This document shows, one piece after another, positions 25,514 to 40,825 of a stretch of 64,000 nt of DNA (positions within the stretch are counted from its first letter, which is position 1; every line of letters begins with the position of its first letter). The DNA lies in assembly GCA_964016885.1 (NCBI GenBank), contig OZ024743.1, positions 267,282,001-267,346,000 on the forward strand, in the 5' to 3' direction. Under the pieces are notes generated by a model. It was not told where the DNA came from. It saw only the letters and a program-made list of their open reading frames with translations, and made no database searches. The stretch comes from Eledone cirrhosa. Taxonomy: Eukaryota. A program made the translations under genes and the position numbers.

Positions 25514-26290
25514 ATACATAGGGTGACTAATGAACTTCAGCACATAGCAGATACAAGATCTGAGAAGACAATAAAACCTCAATGGAAGATCAAACTTCGG
25601 ATTTTCTGTGTGAACACTTCTATGTGTGGCTCGTACAACATCTCTAGGATCAATTTCATGCATGTTTTTTAAACGGACACATCTCCTTTCAAAGCCAATA
25701 TTCGAAACTGAGTGAAGAAGTTTAAGGCATATAGGACAGTAGAGAACCTCAATACCTTTTCTGACGACCATCATACCCATTCTGTTCGACCATGGAAGCG
25801 TACACAGGAATTTACTGATATGGTCAGTGTCTGTAAAACAGAGGGGAAAAAGATCGCTGCCTAAGAGAAGGCTATCTTTCGGTTTCTCCACAGAAATAGT
25901 AGGTGTTGTTAAACGGAACTTAAGACGTGCCCCTACAGAATACAAACAAAACAAAAGCTTATTGTAGCTGATAAAACAAAGAGAAAGGCTCTGACTGAAA
26001 ATGCTGAACAAGATGGAAAAACAAACCATATATTCCGAAACCTCTGACGAAGTTCACTTTGACTTGGAGGGGATGATCAACTCTAAGAAGAATGTGTTCT
26101 AAGCGTCAGATAAACCCACTGAAGTGGCTGTGAGACCTCTCCGTTTCGCTAAGTGGAGCGCCTGGAATGCCACTACAGAGAGAGGGTTGATTAACCTCTT
26201 TCTTCTTCAAAAATATGGTGTAACAACTACAGTCGCAAAGAAACATCAGAAGATTATGAATGTTTTATATGTTGCTTTACCTGGTTTGAT
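25514..26290 (+). mobile_element. Tc1/mariner-superfamily transposase relic
   Basis: It has a TIR-like start (TACATAGGGTG) and an HTH remnant (P.KANIRN*VKKF....VE). The first catalytic-Asp block reads SDEVHFDLEGMIN.K.N.F*....P......PL...K...W. There are multiple stops. Confidence 0.7.
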
Positions 26291-26505
26291 CTGAATATAT
26301 TCGTGGTTTCCTTTGTTTTTGTCAAAGTATGAATAATTGTTTCGACTTTAGGCACAATGCCAGCAATTACCCAGTGCATTACTGGTACTTTATTTTATCG
26401 ATCCCGATGAATAATATAGGTAAAAATATAAATATGGCAAGTTTTTTAGTCAGCCCCTACACACACACACAAACACTCACACAGACACACATATATATAT
26501 ATATG

Positions 26506-26573
<68 letters not shown>

Positions 26574-26777
26574 TATATATATATACATATAGAGAAAGTC
26601 CGAAAGACAGTGTGTGAAAAAGAGAGAAAGAGGAGAGAGAAAGAGAGTGTGAGGGAAAGAGAAAGGAGGGAGAGAGAGAAAAAGAGAGGGAAATATATAT
26701 ATATATATATACATATATAAATATATATATACAAATGCACAGAATATTACATGTATATGCGTGTCAGTGTGTATGTA

Positions 26778-26824
<47 letters not shown>

Positions 26825-26884
26825 ATGTGTATGTATATATATATATATATTATATATATATATATACATATATATATATAGAGA

Positions 26885-26926
<42 letters not shown>

Positions 26927-27791
26927 GACAATTAGTTTTTGTTCTCTTGCTCTTCTGTCATTGGCGTTATTAATATTCCCTCAAATTTGTTTGCTGTTCT
27001 TTTGGTTTCTTCTCTTGTTCATATTGCCATTGCTTCTATTGCTGCTGGTCATGCTGTTGTTGCTGTTCCTAGTGCTGCTGCTAATTCTGTAATTGTAATT
27101 GTATATTTGTTGTTTTTGTTGTTGCGAGGAACCGTTCAAGCAGAACATTGGTAGCTATATTAAATTATACACTACACTTGGATCATTATTGATGTAATAA
27201 TTCCAACTATGCGAGAGATCTTAATATTATAGCGATTTTCGGGAGAACAAGACATTACGATAAAGTAATTTTTCATTCTTTATTAACAACTTGTCATAGA
27301 ATGGAGAGGATATTGTGGAATTAATTTCCAGCTTAAGTGAAATATTTTTCTGCCACCATTCCTCTATCATTCCAATATATTTTTCATGAGAAATAATTTC
27401 CCATTCGACAGATATTTTAATGTTCTTATGACCGAACGAATGAGTGAGGCAATACGCCTATCAATGAACGATAGAATGAATGAACAAAAGAAAAAAAATA
27501 TCAGTACAATACTTATTTGGCTGTCGTGATTCTCTTATGTAGTTATTACAAGTAATGATCCGAGTCTTGTTCATCTTTAGAATCTCCTCTCTAATACACA
27601 TGCTCACACTATATCAATTACACAGAGAATTTCACAAACAGATTGATAGGAATGTTCACAAGTACATACGCATATGGGGATCATTTTCATATAGCTACGT
27701 TTAATCACTGACGTTCATACGTACTTTCAACCATGTGTCCACCTACAAACCTACATACATACCTAACTACCTATCTATTTCCTCTATATAT

Positions 27792-27876
<85 letters not shown>

Positions 27877-28006
27877 GGGAGGGTCATGTGGCCAATAAGA
27901 AACACACGCACAAGTTGCTTTCACTTCAATTTATTATATATTTTATAAATGTTAGGAATTTCCGGTTGGTTGGTTGGTTCCACAACCGGATGGGTGTTTA
28001 TATATT

Positions 28007-28049
28007 GTCAAAGTTCTTTTGTCACACATTCTGTGACCTCATCAGTGAC
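28007..28049 (-). ncRNA. Minimal type I hammerhead with a GAAA-to-AAAA core mutation
   Basis: The reverse complement reads gtca CTGATGA g-gtcaca-gaatg-tgtgac AAAA gaac TT tgac. Confidence 0.6.
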
Positions 28050-28472
28050 TGGAGATTATTGTCTTTGTTTTGTGCCTCTCCTTTGTTCTGGCCTACGCCA
28101 TCTGCTTTGTGTGTGTTGTGTGCTTGGTTTGCGCATGTGTTACAACCGGCTTTCTGTGTGTCTTTTTATTTGTTTATTTATTGGTTTACTTACATGTTAC
28201 GAGTTAGTTGTTTGTTCTCTGTGTGTGTGTTTTCATTTTGTCCTTACTTATAAGTTGTGATGTTGTTATTCCAGTCATGTTTTCTATTTAATTATGGTTG
28301 GAGTTCATTTATGTTTATTGCCTCTGTGATTTGTCTAAGCATTGCGTCTTCTCTGTGTGCGTGGGTGTGTGTGTGTGTGTGTGTATATATAAATATATAT
28401 ATGTATAATTGAAAACAAGATGGCGTAGGACAGAACAAAGGAGAGGCACAAAAACAAAGAAAAGAATCCCCA

Positions 28473-28515
28473 GTCACTGAAGAGATCACAGAATGTGTGA
28501 CGAAAGAACTTTGAC
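28473..28515 (+). ncRNA. Minimal type I hammerhead
   Basis: The sequence reads gtca CTGAAGA g-atcaca-gaatg-tgtgac GAAA gaac TT tgac, with stem I gtca/tgac. Confidence 0.65.
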
Positions 28516-28750
28516 AATATATGAACAATCATCTGGTTGTGGAACCAACCAACCAACCGGAAATTTATAAATTCCTAAATTTATAAATTTAATTTATAAT
28601 AAATTGAAGTGAAACAACTGGTGCGTGTGTTTCTTATTGGCAACATGACCCTCCCAAAGTATAACAATATCGGTTTCAACACACGTTTTCAGATAAAGAA
28701 TCTTGCTAAACAAATTCAGAAATGAAATATATAATTATATATATGTATAT

Positions 28751-31140
28751 CTTCTTGCTAAGGTTCGACAACACAGACACATAGCACTTGCTGTTGTGTA
28801 TTCCGGTATTGCAGCAACCTTGCTTCCTTGAGGCAGGACAGCATATTCAGCCTTCAAACTCCCCCTCAATATGACAGTAAAGGACACACCGTGCTGTAAT
28901 ATTACCAAAGGATCAGAAAAGGCAGAATTGCTTAAAAGGTGTGAACTCATAATTTGGGACGAATGCACCATGGCTCATAAAGGAGCTTTGTAGGCACTGG
29001 ACCGGACTTTAAGAGACATAAGAGACTCCCAGGATCCCATGGGAGGCGTAACTGTCCTTTTATCCGGAGATTTTAGACAAACCCTCCATGTTATTCCCAA
29101 AGGAACAAGGGATGATGCTATTCGAGCATGCTTAAAGTCATCTCCGCTTTGGTGTTATGTCACAACATTAACGCTCTCTACGAACATGAGAGCTCGGATG
29201 CTTGGTGACCAAGTTTCATCAGATTTTGCAACCAACCTATTGACACTTGGGAATGGCAAAGTGCCACTTGATGAAGATGAAAAAATCTCCCTCGAACCGG
29301 TCTGCACTTTAGTCGACAGTGCTGACGACTTGAAAGGTGCAGTATTCCCTGAGTTGAGCACTAACTACCAAAATCCAAACCAGCTGTGTGAAAGGGCAAT
29401 ACTGGCTCCGAAAAATGAGACTGTCGACAAAATCAACGGACAACTGCTTACGTCTCCTCCTACAGCTTCGTGTACATACAAGTCCATCGATACAGTCACA
29501 GACCCCATTAACTACCCAATTGAGTTTCTTAACTCATTGAACCCCTCCGGGTTGTCATCTCATCGATTGGAACTTAAGCAAGGATGCCCAATTATGCTTT
29601 TGAGGAATCTACACACACCAAAACTCTGTAACGGCACCCCCCTTACAGTAAATAAACTAACGCAAAACTTTATCAAGGCGACGATTCTCTCGGGGTGTTG
29701 AAAGGGGAAACATGTTTTTATCCCTTTGTCCGTCAACATCAGAGATCCCCTTTTCATTTAGGAGGCTCCAGTTTCCAGTTCGTTGTAGTTTCGCTATGGC
29801 GATAAATAGGTCTCAGGGGCAAACATTGTCCGTCGCGGAAATAAACCTAGAAGAGCCATGCTTTTCGCACGGTCAGCTATACGTTGGATGTTCCAGAGTG
29901 GGAAACAAAAGAAACTTTTATGCATTTGCTCCAAACGGTAAAACCACAAACATTGTGTACCAAGAAGTTCTGCAATCAACACTGCGACACAAACCGTCTT
30001 CTAACAATCAAATACTTCGCTGCTTTCAATAATTACCAAATTGTAGACATACTGCATTTTTGAAATTCATAACATCATACATTTTCGACTGTAAACGTTG
30101 TGACCACTTTGAGCTGCACGGTATTGAAATGCAGGTTCCCATCTGGTTGGTTGAGCCAGTTTTCCATGGATTCGCCAGCGCGTGCAGCAGACGTTGATTC
30201 ACATGTCTTTGCTGCCGCAGTTGACGCCCTGTTTCGGTTGATACAGCTGAAACAGCAGATGTTGACTCACAGTTCTTTGTTGCTGCAGTTGAGGCTGTGT
30301 TTCGGTTGATGCAGCTCGAGCTGCGGAAGTTGCCTCAGCATTTCTATGCCGCCGTAATTTACGCTGTGGTTCGTTCTCTGCATCTCCTGCAATAGACGTT
30401 GCCTCAATATTTGCTTTTTGTCGCAGTGACGGTTGAGAATCGTTTTCTGCACCTCAAGCAGTAGCAGTTGCCTCATCATTTATTTACTGTCACATCGAAC
30501 GTTGTTTCGTTTTCTGCATCTCGTGCAATAGAAGTTGGTCCAGCATTTTTCTGTTGGCGTAATAATCGCTATTCGTTATTCTCTGTTACTTTTGCAATCG
30601 AGGATGGTGCAGAATTTGTGTTGAGGAATTTTGGGCGTCTTTCGTGTTTAGTCTATGTCACTGCAATCAGTCTAGGAAAAGCAACGTTACAGTTTCTATT
30701 GGCAGCCACAACTATACAGAATGGTAAGCATTTCAAACTACATAAATCATTAGAATGCCTACATATACGCAATGCATAACGAAAAATGTACACATTTCTA
30801 CTGTAGCAAACGTATGGCTCCCCTCTCATTTGTACCTTTCACTCAAAGTCATCATACATTATCTCCGTCATCCCGCAACGATTTCAGTCCCTGAATTGCC
30901 AAACATCCCACATTATTGTCTTAATTTTCATGTGATTCGTTTTGGGGCTGCTGAGTTCCTTGTAGCATAGTTCACGTTTGGAGCTTCACCGCGTCAATGT
31001 CACACTTTTACACTCATTCACCTTTCATACGTCATAACATTTTACCGTTTTTACATTGAACAACACATACTTCTTATGGTTAAAAATAAATGTTTACTAA
31101 TGGTAGACTTACACCCGCGCAACGCCGGGTATGACTGCTA

Positions 31141-31141
<1 letters not shown>
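28751..31141 (+). mobile_element. Helitron, 5'-truncated (PIF1-like helicase pseudogene plus canonical 3' terminus)
   Basis: Helicase motifs are SGIAATLL, IIWDECTM, LSGDFRQ, RAILAPKN, MLLRNL..KLCNGT, QFPV..SFAM.INRSQGQTL and FSHGQLYVGCSRV. A 3' hairpin (acccgcgcaacgccgggt, 31113-31130) is followed by CTAG (31138-31141) and then T. Confidence 0.93.
30160..30640 (-). repeat. ~7 degenerate 69-bp tandem units encoding 23-aa STPR-like repeats
   Basis: Unit anchors fall at ~30235, 30303, 30372, 30441, 30508 and 30577. One unit translates on - as AENEPQRKLRRHRNAEATSAARA. Confidence 0.65.
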
Positions 31142-31207
<66 letters not shown>

Positions 31208-31439
31208 GGAGGTGAGTTTTATTGTAGTACAATAAAGCAATGCAGATATCGGATAAGAAGCACTCTACAATTTGTAGGACTGGAGTATACATAATATATA
31301 AGATCAAAAGATGGTTAAAAGAGTTCCATGTATTTTATTATGCGCATTTCAAAGAAAAATATCATCATGCAATAATATTTGTGTTTTCATCAGATAAAAT
31401 AGGAAGACATGATATGAAGGTTAAAAAACACTTGTGAAT

Positions 31440-33745
31440 AGTGCAGTTTTAAATCAACATATGAAAAGTAGTTTTTGAATGATGTGTGATATTGGGAAAA
31501 AAAAATTGTTGAGGGGGGTGGGGGTGGAAAGGATGAAAAAGAGGAGGAGATGAGAGTAAAAAGTGTGGGGGGGGGAGGAGTATAATGAGGAAGGATAAGA
31601 TAGGAGGAGAGATGGGTGATAGAGAGAGAAAGATAGCTTTTATAACTGAGAAAAATATATTGTTTTACATAGAGAGGTTGAAAAACCGTTGGAAGATAAT
31701 GTATGAATTAAAAGAATTTTAAAATTAACGAAGAGAAAAATAATGTAAAGTTAAGGTTTGTATATTGAAGGGCTTAATAATATGTGCGATGAAAAGAAAA
31801 TGTTAATATGTATTAAGAATAATATTTAAGGATTTAATAATATGTGCGATGGAAAGAAAATGTTAATATGTATTAAGAATAATATTTAAGGGTTTAATAA
31901 TAGGTGCGATGGAAAGAAAATGTTGATATGTATTATTAAAAAAACAAAAGTAATGTAAGTAAGGATATCTTGTGAGATGAGGATGAATAAGTTAGATGAA
32001 AGGGAGAAAAAATAATGAATTGAGGATGAATAATCTAACGTCAAAAAAATGTGTTTATGTTTACGAAGGATTTTTTCAAGGTGATATAAGGTAAGAATAT
32101 ATTGTATTGTGTAATAATTGTTTCTATGTTAGGCACAGTGAGAAAAGGTACATATTAGGGGTTAGAAATTAAAAGAAAAAGAAAAGAAAAGGAAAAGGAA
32201 GAAAGGGAAGTGATAAATAGGAGTGATATAGATAATGTATAATAAATAACTTTGAAATAAGGTAGAAAGATGGGTATATTTTTAAAGAAGGATATATATA
32301 TATATATGTGTGCCTTTGAGAAAAGGATTCTAAATTGATAAAGTATTGGATATTAGCTGTATACTTTATGGACTGTTCTATGGAATTTATGCAAGCAGAG
32401 AGAAAACAAGACAGTGCGTCTATTTATTATAGAATCTAAATTAGATATAATCGTACATTTTTCATTTAGACAGAGATTGCAAGTCTTGGATAGAGAACTG
32501 TTCAAGTTTGCAGAAGCAGAAGAAACCTTTTTCCAAGAGATGTTATATTTAATATGTTTGTCTTTCAAGGACCATATGAGTTCTGAGAGAGCCGTGTCGG
32601 TTCTTTTAAGTTGGTATTTAAAAGACGAATGATGATTATAAAGACGAGCTTTAAAGGAGGTGGAAGTGGAGCCAAAATAGGTGAAGGAATTGGTGTCAGT
32701 TATAACTTTACATTCGTAGATTAAGTTTTTATCAATACGATGGTTGTTGAGAGGACATTTATTTTTAACAGGGCAATTGCAATTGCGATTAGAGAGATTA
32801 TTAACGAGTGACCTAGTGTTATCTATTGAAGGAATTGGATTGGAGAAGTTATTTGCGATAGGAATAATAGTTTCTTGATTTAGAATGGGATTAATAACAT
32901 TTAGCGATGTTGTGTTTGACGTTGTATTTGGGTTTGCAGAAATTAGCCTAGAGTTTACAATGACGTCGGGAGTACTATTACTATTATTATGATATTCAGT
33001 GTTGGAAGGAAGAGATTTAGTATTTAGTATTTTATTGTTGTGTTTAGAGATAATGTTGGAAATGTTGGAGGATGTCGAATAGGAAAATTTTATAGTGTGT
33101 TTGTTAAATATTTTACTATAAATATGTGAGGGAGGGAAGCATTTATTTAAAGCACTAAAGAATAATTTAGGAATATTATTATTAATAGAGATGGAGAAAG
33201 GAGCCTTATACCAGATTATGTTTTTGTATCTAGGTCTTTTATTAAAGTTATTGGAATGATCATGATTAATTATTCTACTGTAAGATCTTCTAGAATTTGT
33301 TACTTTACTATATTTGATTTTATCAGGATAGCCGGCTTTAGAAAGCGCGTTATTATAGTAATTGGCGTTAGCATCAAAGATATTTTTATTAGAAGATAGG
33401 TTAGATATTATTTTTCCAATATTACTAACTATAGCATTCTTAATATTAGTGAGGTGGTTAGATCTAAAATTAACATAATTTAGGTTCTCATTGTTTTTAT
33501 GGTAAGGGTAATATAGGCCAGTGTCAAGATTAAGAGATACATCCAAGAAATTAGCTAGTTTGATGCTGTTATCAAATTCAATTTTTAAGTTATGTTGGTT
33601 AAAGAGATTACGTATATTGTTCTTAATAATATTAAGGTTAACTATGTTGCAATTTAAGATAGTAAAGAGTCCATCGTCACGATAAATTCCACCGCGAAGT
33701 TGAGGAATTTTCCGACTCAAAGAGTTCAAAATAAAGGCTGTCAGT
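31440..33745 (-). mobile_element. Penelope-like element (Naiad-like), 5'-truncated: RT C-terminal half + GIY-YIG endonuclease + long 3' region
   Basis: ORF 32353-33756 has IYRDDG, NFLDV.L.L, CNC..K.KCPL, LIY.C....YFG.T.TSFK.R..NH and CNLCLNEK..I...INRR. The left boundary is approximate. Confidence 0.85.
31770..31935. repeat. 60-bp minisatellite, ~2.7 copies
   Basis: The unit ttaataatatgtgcgatggaaagaaaatgttaatatgtatta recurs at a 60-bp period. Confidence 0.85.
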
Positions 33746-34827
<1,082 letters not shown>

Positions 34828-34846
34828 ATTTATCTATCTATCCATG

Positions 34847-34899
<53 letters not shown>

Positions 34900-35277
34900 A
34901 ACTAGTATTCATTTATCTATCTACCCATCATTCTATCTATCATTCTATCTCTCACTCCTATTATATAGCTAGATGCAGAAGTCTGTAACAGGAAGGAAGC
35001 AGCCGTATAAGCTATGGATTCGCGCTATGATTTTTGCAATTACATTTCTTACATACACTTGCTTGATGGTGCGGATAGCATTGTAAACGTGGTTCTTTAA
35101 AAGGACACACACATACACATATACAGGCATACACAGTTGTATGTATATAAGTGTATGCATATATATATATATATATATATATATAAAGAACAGTGTGGGC
35201 CAGTGTCGTCATTGAAATATATATCACAGCATTATTATTAAAAGACTTGAACATCTGAAGCTTCTTCGCTTTTCCTT

Positions 35278-35322
<45 letters not shown>

Positions 35323-35451
35323 GAACGGAAAAAATGAAACAACATTTCATTTCTCATATATATATAAACATACATATATATATATATATATATACATATA
35401 TGCGTGTGTATGTGTCTGTGTGTGTGTCTGCGAGTGTGTATATACATATAC

Positions 35452-35484
<33 letters not shown>

Positions 35485-35999
35485 CGTATATACACACTTG
35501 CAGACATACACACAAACACACACACGCATATGTGTATATATATATATATATATATTGTTGCATACATAAGCATATTCCGTGAAATTGAAATTCCTACCTC
35601 TTCCTTTATATAGAACTGGAAATGATGCTGTAATATTCCTGAGATATTGCACTCAAGCAGACATATACATCGTATGTCATGATATCGTGACAGAATGTAT
35701 TGAGATTGAGAATAAATGCAGTTGTCAGTCTTGAAGTCTATTAAATTCTTTACTTTGCTTGCGTAACGTCTATATCAGAGACCGTCAAGATACTGTATAT
35801 GAGATCTTGTATCAACTATGCGTCATCTCTTTGCCAAAGGCTAGTGAAATGTAAATGGTTACCATTGAGTTATATAGTTCATCGTTGAAAGATGCCATGG
35901 CATCTTACAACTGATGTGTGATTTGCTACCTTTCGATATTGAGTTCAAATCTTCATCACGAATATGTATATAAATATGTAATATGTATTAGATAAATGT

Positions 36000-36175
36000 T
36001 CTACTTTAGGCACAAGGCCAGCAAATACCCAGTGCATTACTGGTACTGTATTTTTATCGACCCCGTAAGGATGAAAGGCAAAGTTAACCTCGGCGGGATT
36101 TGAACTCAGATCGTAAGGGGACGTAACTATGCTGGAAAGCATGGCGTCCGACCCTCTCCCGATACTGAATCCACC
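36000..36175 (-). mobile_element. tRNA-derived SINE with Meta/MESC-like central domain
   Basis: The reverse complement has a B-box GAGTTCAAATCC followed by GCCTTTCATCCTTACGGGGTCGATAAAA..AGTACCAG. Partial homologues lie at ~26340-26410, ~36895-37050, ~42770-42840 and ~51980-52040. Confidence 0.7.
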
Positions 36176-36399
36176 GCCCTATATGAGATAATATTTACCA
36201 ATATGTGTTTTTTCGTTGTTCTTGGTGTTGTTGTTATTGGCAGCAGCTTTTATACCAGTTCAACCATTACCGTGTTGTGTGTATGTTTGTTGCATTGAAC
36301 TTCCATCAGTTGTAACTTCGATTGCTCCAGTTGATCGATCAAAGGAACAACCAACTTGTGGTTGTGTATTCCACGGACACTAGGATTCAGCATGAAGCA

Positions 36400-36547
36400 T
36401 CGCGTGAAATAGTGCCCAATCATTTTAGCATTTAAGGGGATTGAATCAACCTGATATAAATTTTATTACTCAAGGATAGAACGTGCAGCAGTGATTCGAA
36501 CTAACTATCTTATTATCGCCAGCCTCACTCCCTAAACACTAAGCCAA
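36400..36547 (-). mobile_element. tRNA-derived SINE head
   Basis: The reverse complement has an A-box-like TGGCTTAGTG, a B-box-like GTTCGAATC and then ATCCTTGAG. Confidence 0.45.
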
Positions 36548-37887
36548 ATGCTTTCATAACGAAAATTCGGTCTCGTTAGTATTTGAACTCAAAAAGTTCG
36601 ACTAAATATAACAAGATATTCTGTTGCAGGCTGACACCTTATTATACCGCTTTCAGGAGAATTTATACAATTTGATGGTATATCAAGGACTTTGTGTTCT
36701 AATATCGTATATTTCTGAGTACGGTAAATTGTGATATCGAGCAAATGTAGCCGGCTATTTCTAGCACTTCCACTTACATGTTAGAGGCCGCCAGCTTTGG
36801 CTAGTATCCATTCTTTTGTATTGTTATGCGAAGTCAATTACAAATGAAGAGATTAAATGTCCAGCTGTATTTACAGTTGTCCTTTTCGGTTGACGTTGTG
36901 AGTTCACATTTTAAGAAGGTCAGAATGTTGCTTGTCAACTTTCTAAAATCGATAAAATAAAGTAGCTGTCAATTACTGGGGATCGAGTTAATCAGCTGTA
37001 CCCAAATTAATCAGCTCCTCCAAAATGTTTGGCCATGTTCCAGTGTTAGGAGGCATCATTTTCTTAAGACGTATGAACCTTATTTAAGAATTATCAATAT
37101 AATCTAATAAGATGTGATGTTAAGGTACACTATCATGTGACAGATAAAAATATTAAGATTGCTTATTTATTAGATATAAAACAAAGATATTATTCTTTCG
37201 TACACTATGACACAAACCCTGTATCGTATTATTTGAACAAAACACGCCGTCTGCCCAATATAGATATTAACATGGAACTTCTTTGTTTAATGAATTGAGA
37301 AATATTATAGAGAAATTTACTGCCTTTTGCATGTGTGCTACTTTTCTATGGATTGTAAAGCTAAAGAAAATGAAGATGTCATCGTATATTTTGTGGCTTT
37401 GGAATTATATGTACGGTGTATGAAAAATGATGTAGTAGTATCAGGGTTACACTAGCTGGATATACATTGACGATTTTGAAAGGCAAAAGTTAAGATTTCA
37501 GCAATTTCGTGTTTTCAATACCGTGGCCAAGTCTTCTGAAGGGAAAATTACACAAATGCTGCAATTCCTTAAAGATGATTGTTGTGGATAGACTACTATA
37601 CAAATACTCTTTTGTAATCACATATGTATATATTTATCTGTGTATATATATATATATATATTTAGAGCGAGAGAGAGAGAGAGAGAGAAAGAGAGAGGCG
37701 GTCCCTCACCTGACCCCTTCACTAACACTAACTCGCTAAACGTATCATCTCTCTTGGACACTGGAGTACACGTGAATATTCAGATACACATACACACACA
37801 CATACACATCAATGTGCACACAACAATAATATAAGACTCAGATATGCGGTGTACACAAACACACACACACAAACACACAAACACACG

Positions 37888-37924
<37 letters not shown>

Positions 37925-38346
37925 AAGCAATAGCTCACAACAACCAATTTCAACCCATAGTCACACACACAAAACCACACCTATGGCACACCTGGTTCTC
38001 TCGCCTATCGCCATCAACCTCACAAGCTGTTCCGAACAATCCTTTCCAAACTTTAATGTACCTATCTTTTCCAAACTTTCATGTACCTACCTTTTCGTTC
38101 CCTATCCGAAACCACAATTTCCTGATTAAGGACTTCAGCTTAAGCAGCGAACCCTCCACCACCTCATCCTAAGCCTGATTTGCATTATTTCTTCAACTTA
38201 TTTCGCACCTACAATGTTCACCTGCCATTCAAACCTTGATACTCGAAAAACGGATTACCACGGATTAACCAGACATTGGATTGTCGGACATTTGAATTAT
38301 ACATACCCCACAACTCCATATATATATATAGGGGTTTCTCTCTCTA

Positions 38347-38416
<70 letters not shown>

Positions 38417-38434
38417 CACACACAGACACAGATA

Positions 38435-40442
<2,008 letters not shown>

Positions 40443-40450
40443 CTATGTGT

Positions 40451-40482
<32 letters not shown>

Positions 40483-40588
40483 CATATAAATATATATATA
40501 TATATATCGAACGTGAGAGAGAGAGATGGAGGGTGAGAGAGAGGGAGAGAGAGAAAGAGAGAGAGATTAAGAGAAAGAGAAAGAGAGG

Positions 40589-40688
<100 letters not shown>

Positions 40689-40694
40689 TGCTTC

Positions 40695-40825
40695 TACTCG
40701 TGAAATTAAAGGCAAGTGTTTGACCATCCGATAGAGAAAGTCTACCCTTAACGCAATTCTCACTGACATTCAACAGGATGACGGAAACAAATAACACAAA
40801 CCCGGCCCTTTGTAATACAGGTAAA
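40695..40825 (+). mobile_element. SINE-like dispersed repeat fragment
   Basis: The motif ctcgtgaaattaaag...tacccttaacg...ggccctttg.aatacaggta recurs at ~22100-22165 (+) and ~57190-57325 (-). Confidence 0.6.

Larger units (their letters stand above)
27873..28735 (-). mobile_element. Penelope-like element 3' end with inverted pLTR (two hammerheads)
   Basis: ~230-bp inverted repeats lie at 27875-28102 and 28417-28660. The interior reads on - as DAMLRQITEAININELQP*LNRKHDWN, a GIY-YIG C-terminal tail. Each arm has a hammerhead core, and both flanks are TA-rich. Confidence 0.8.
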
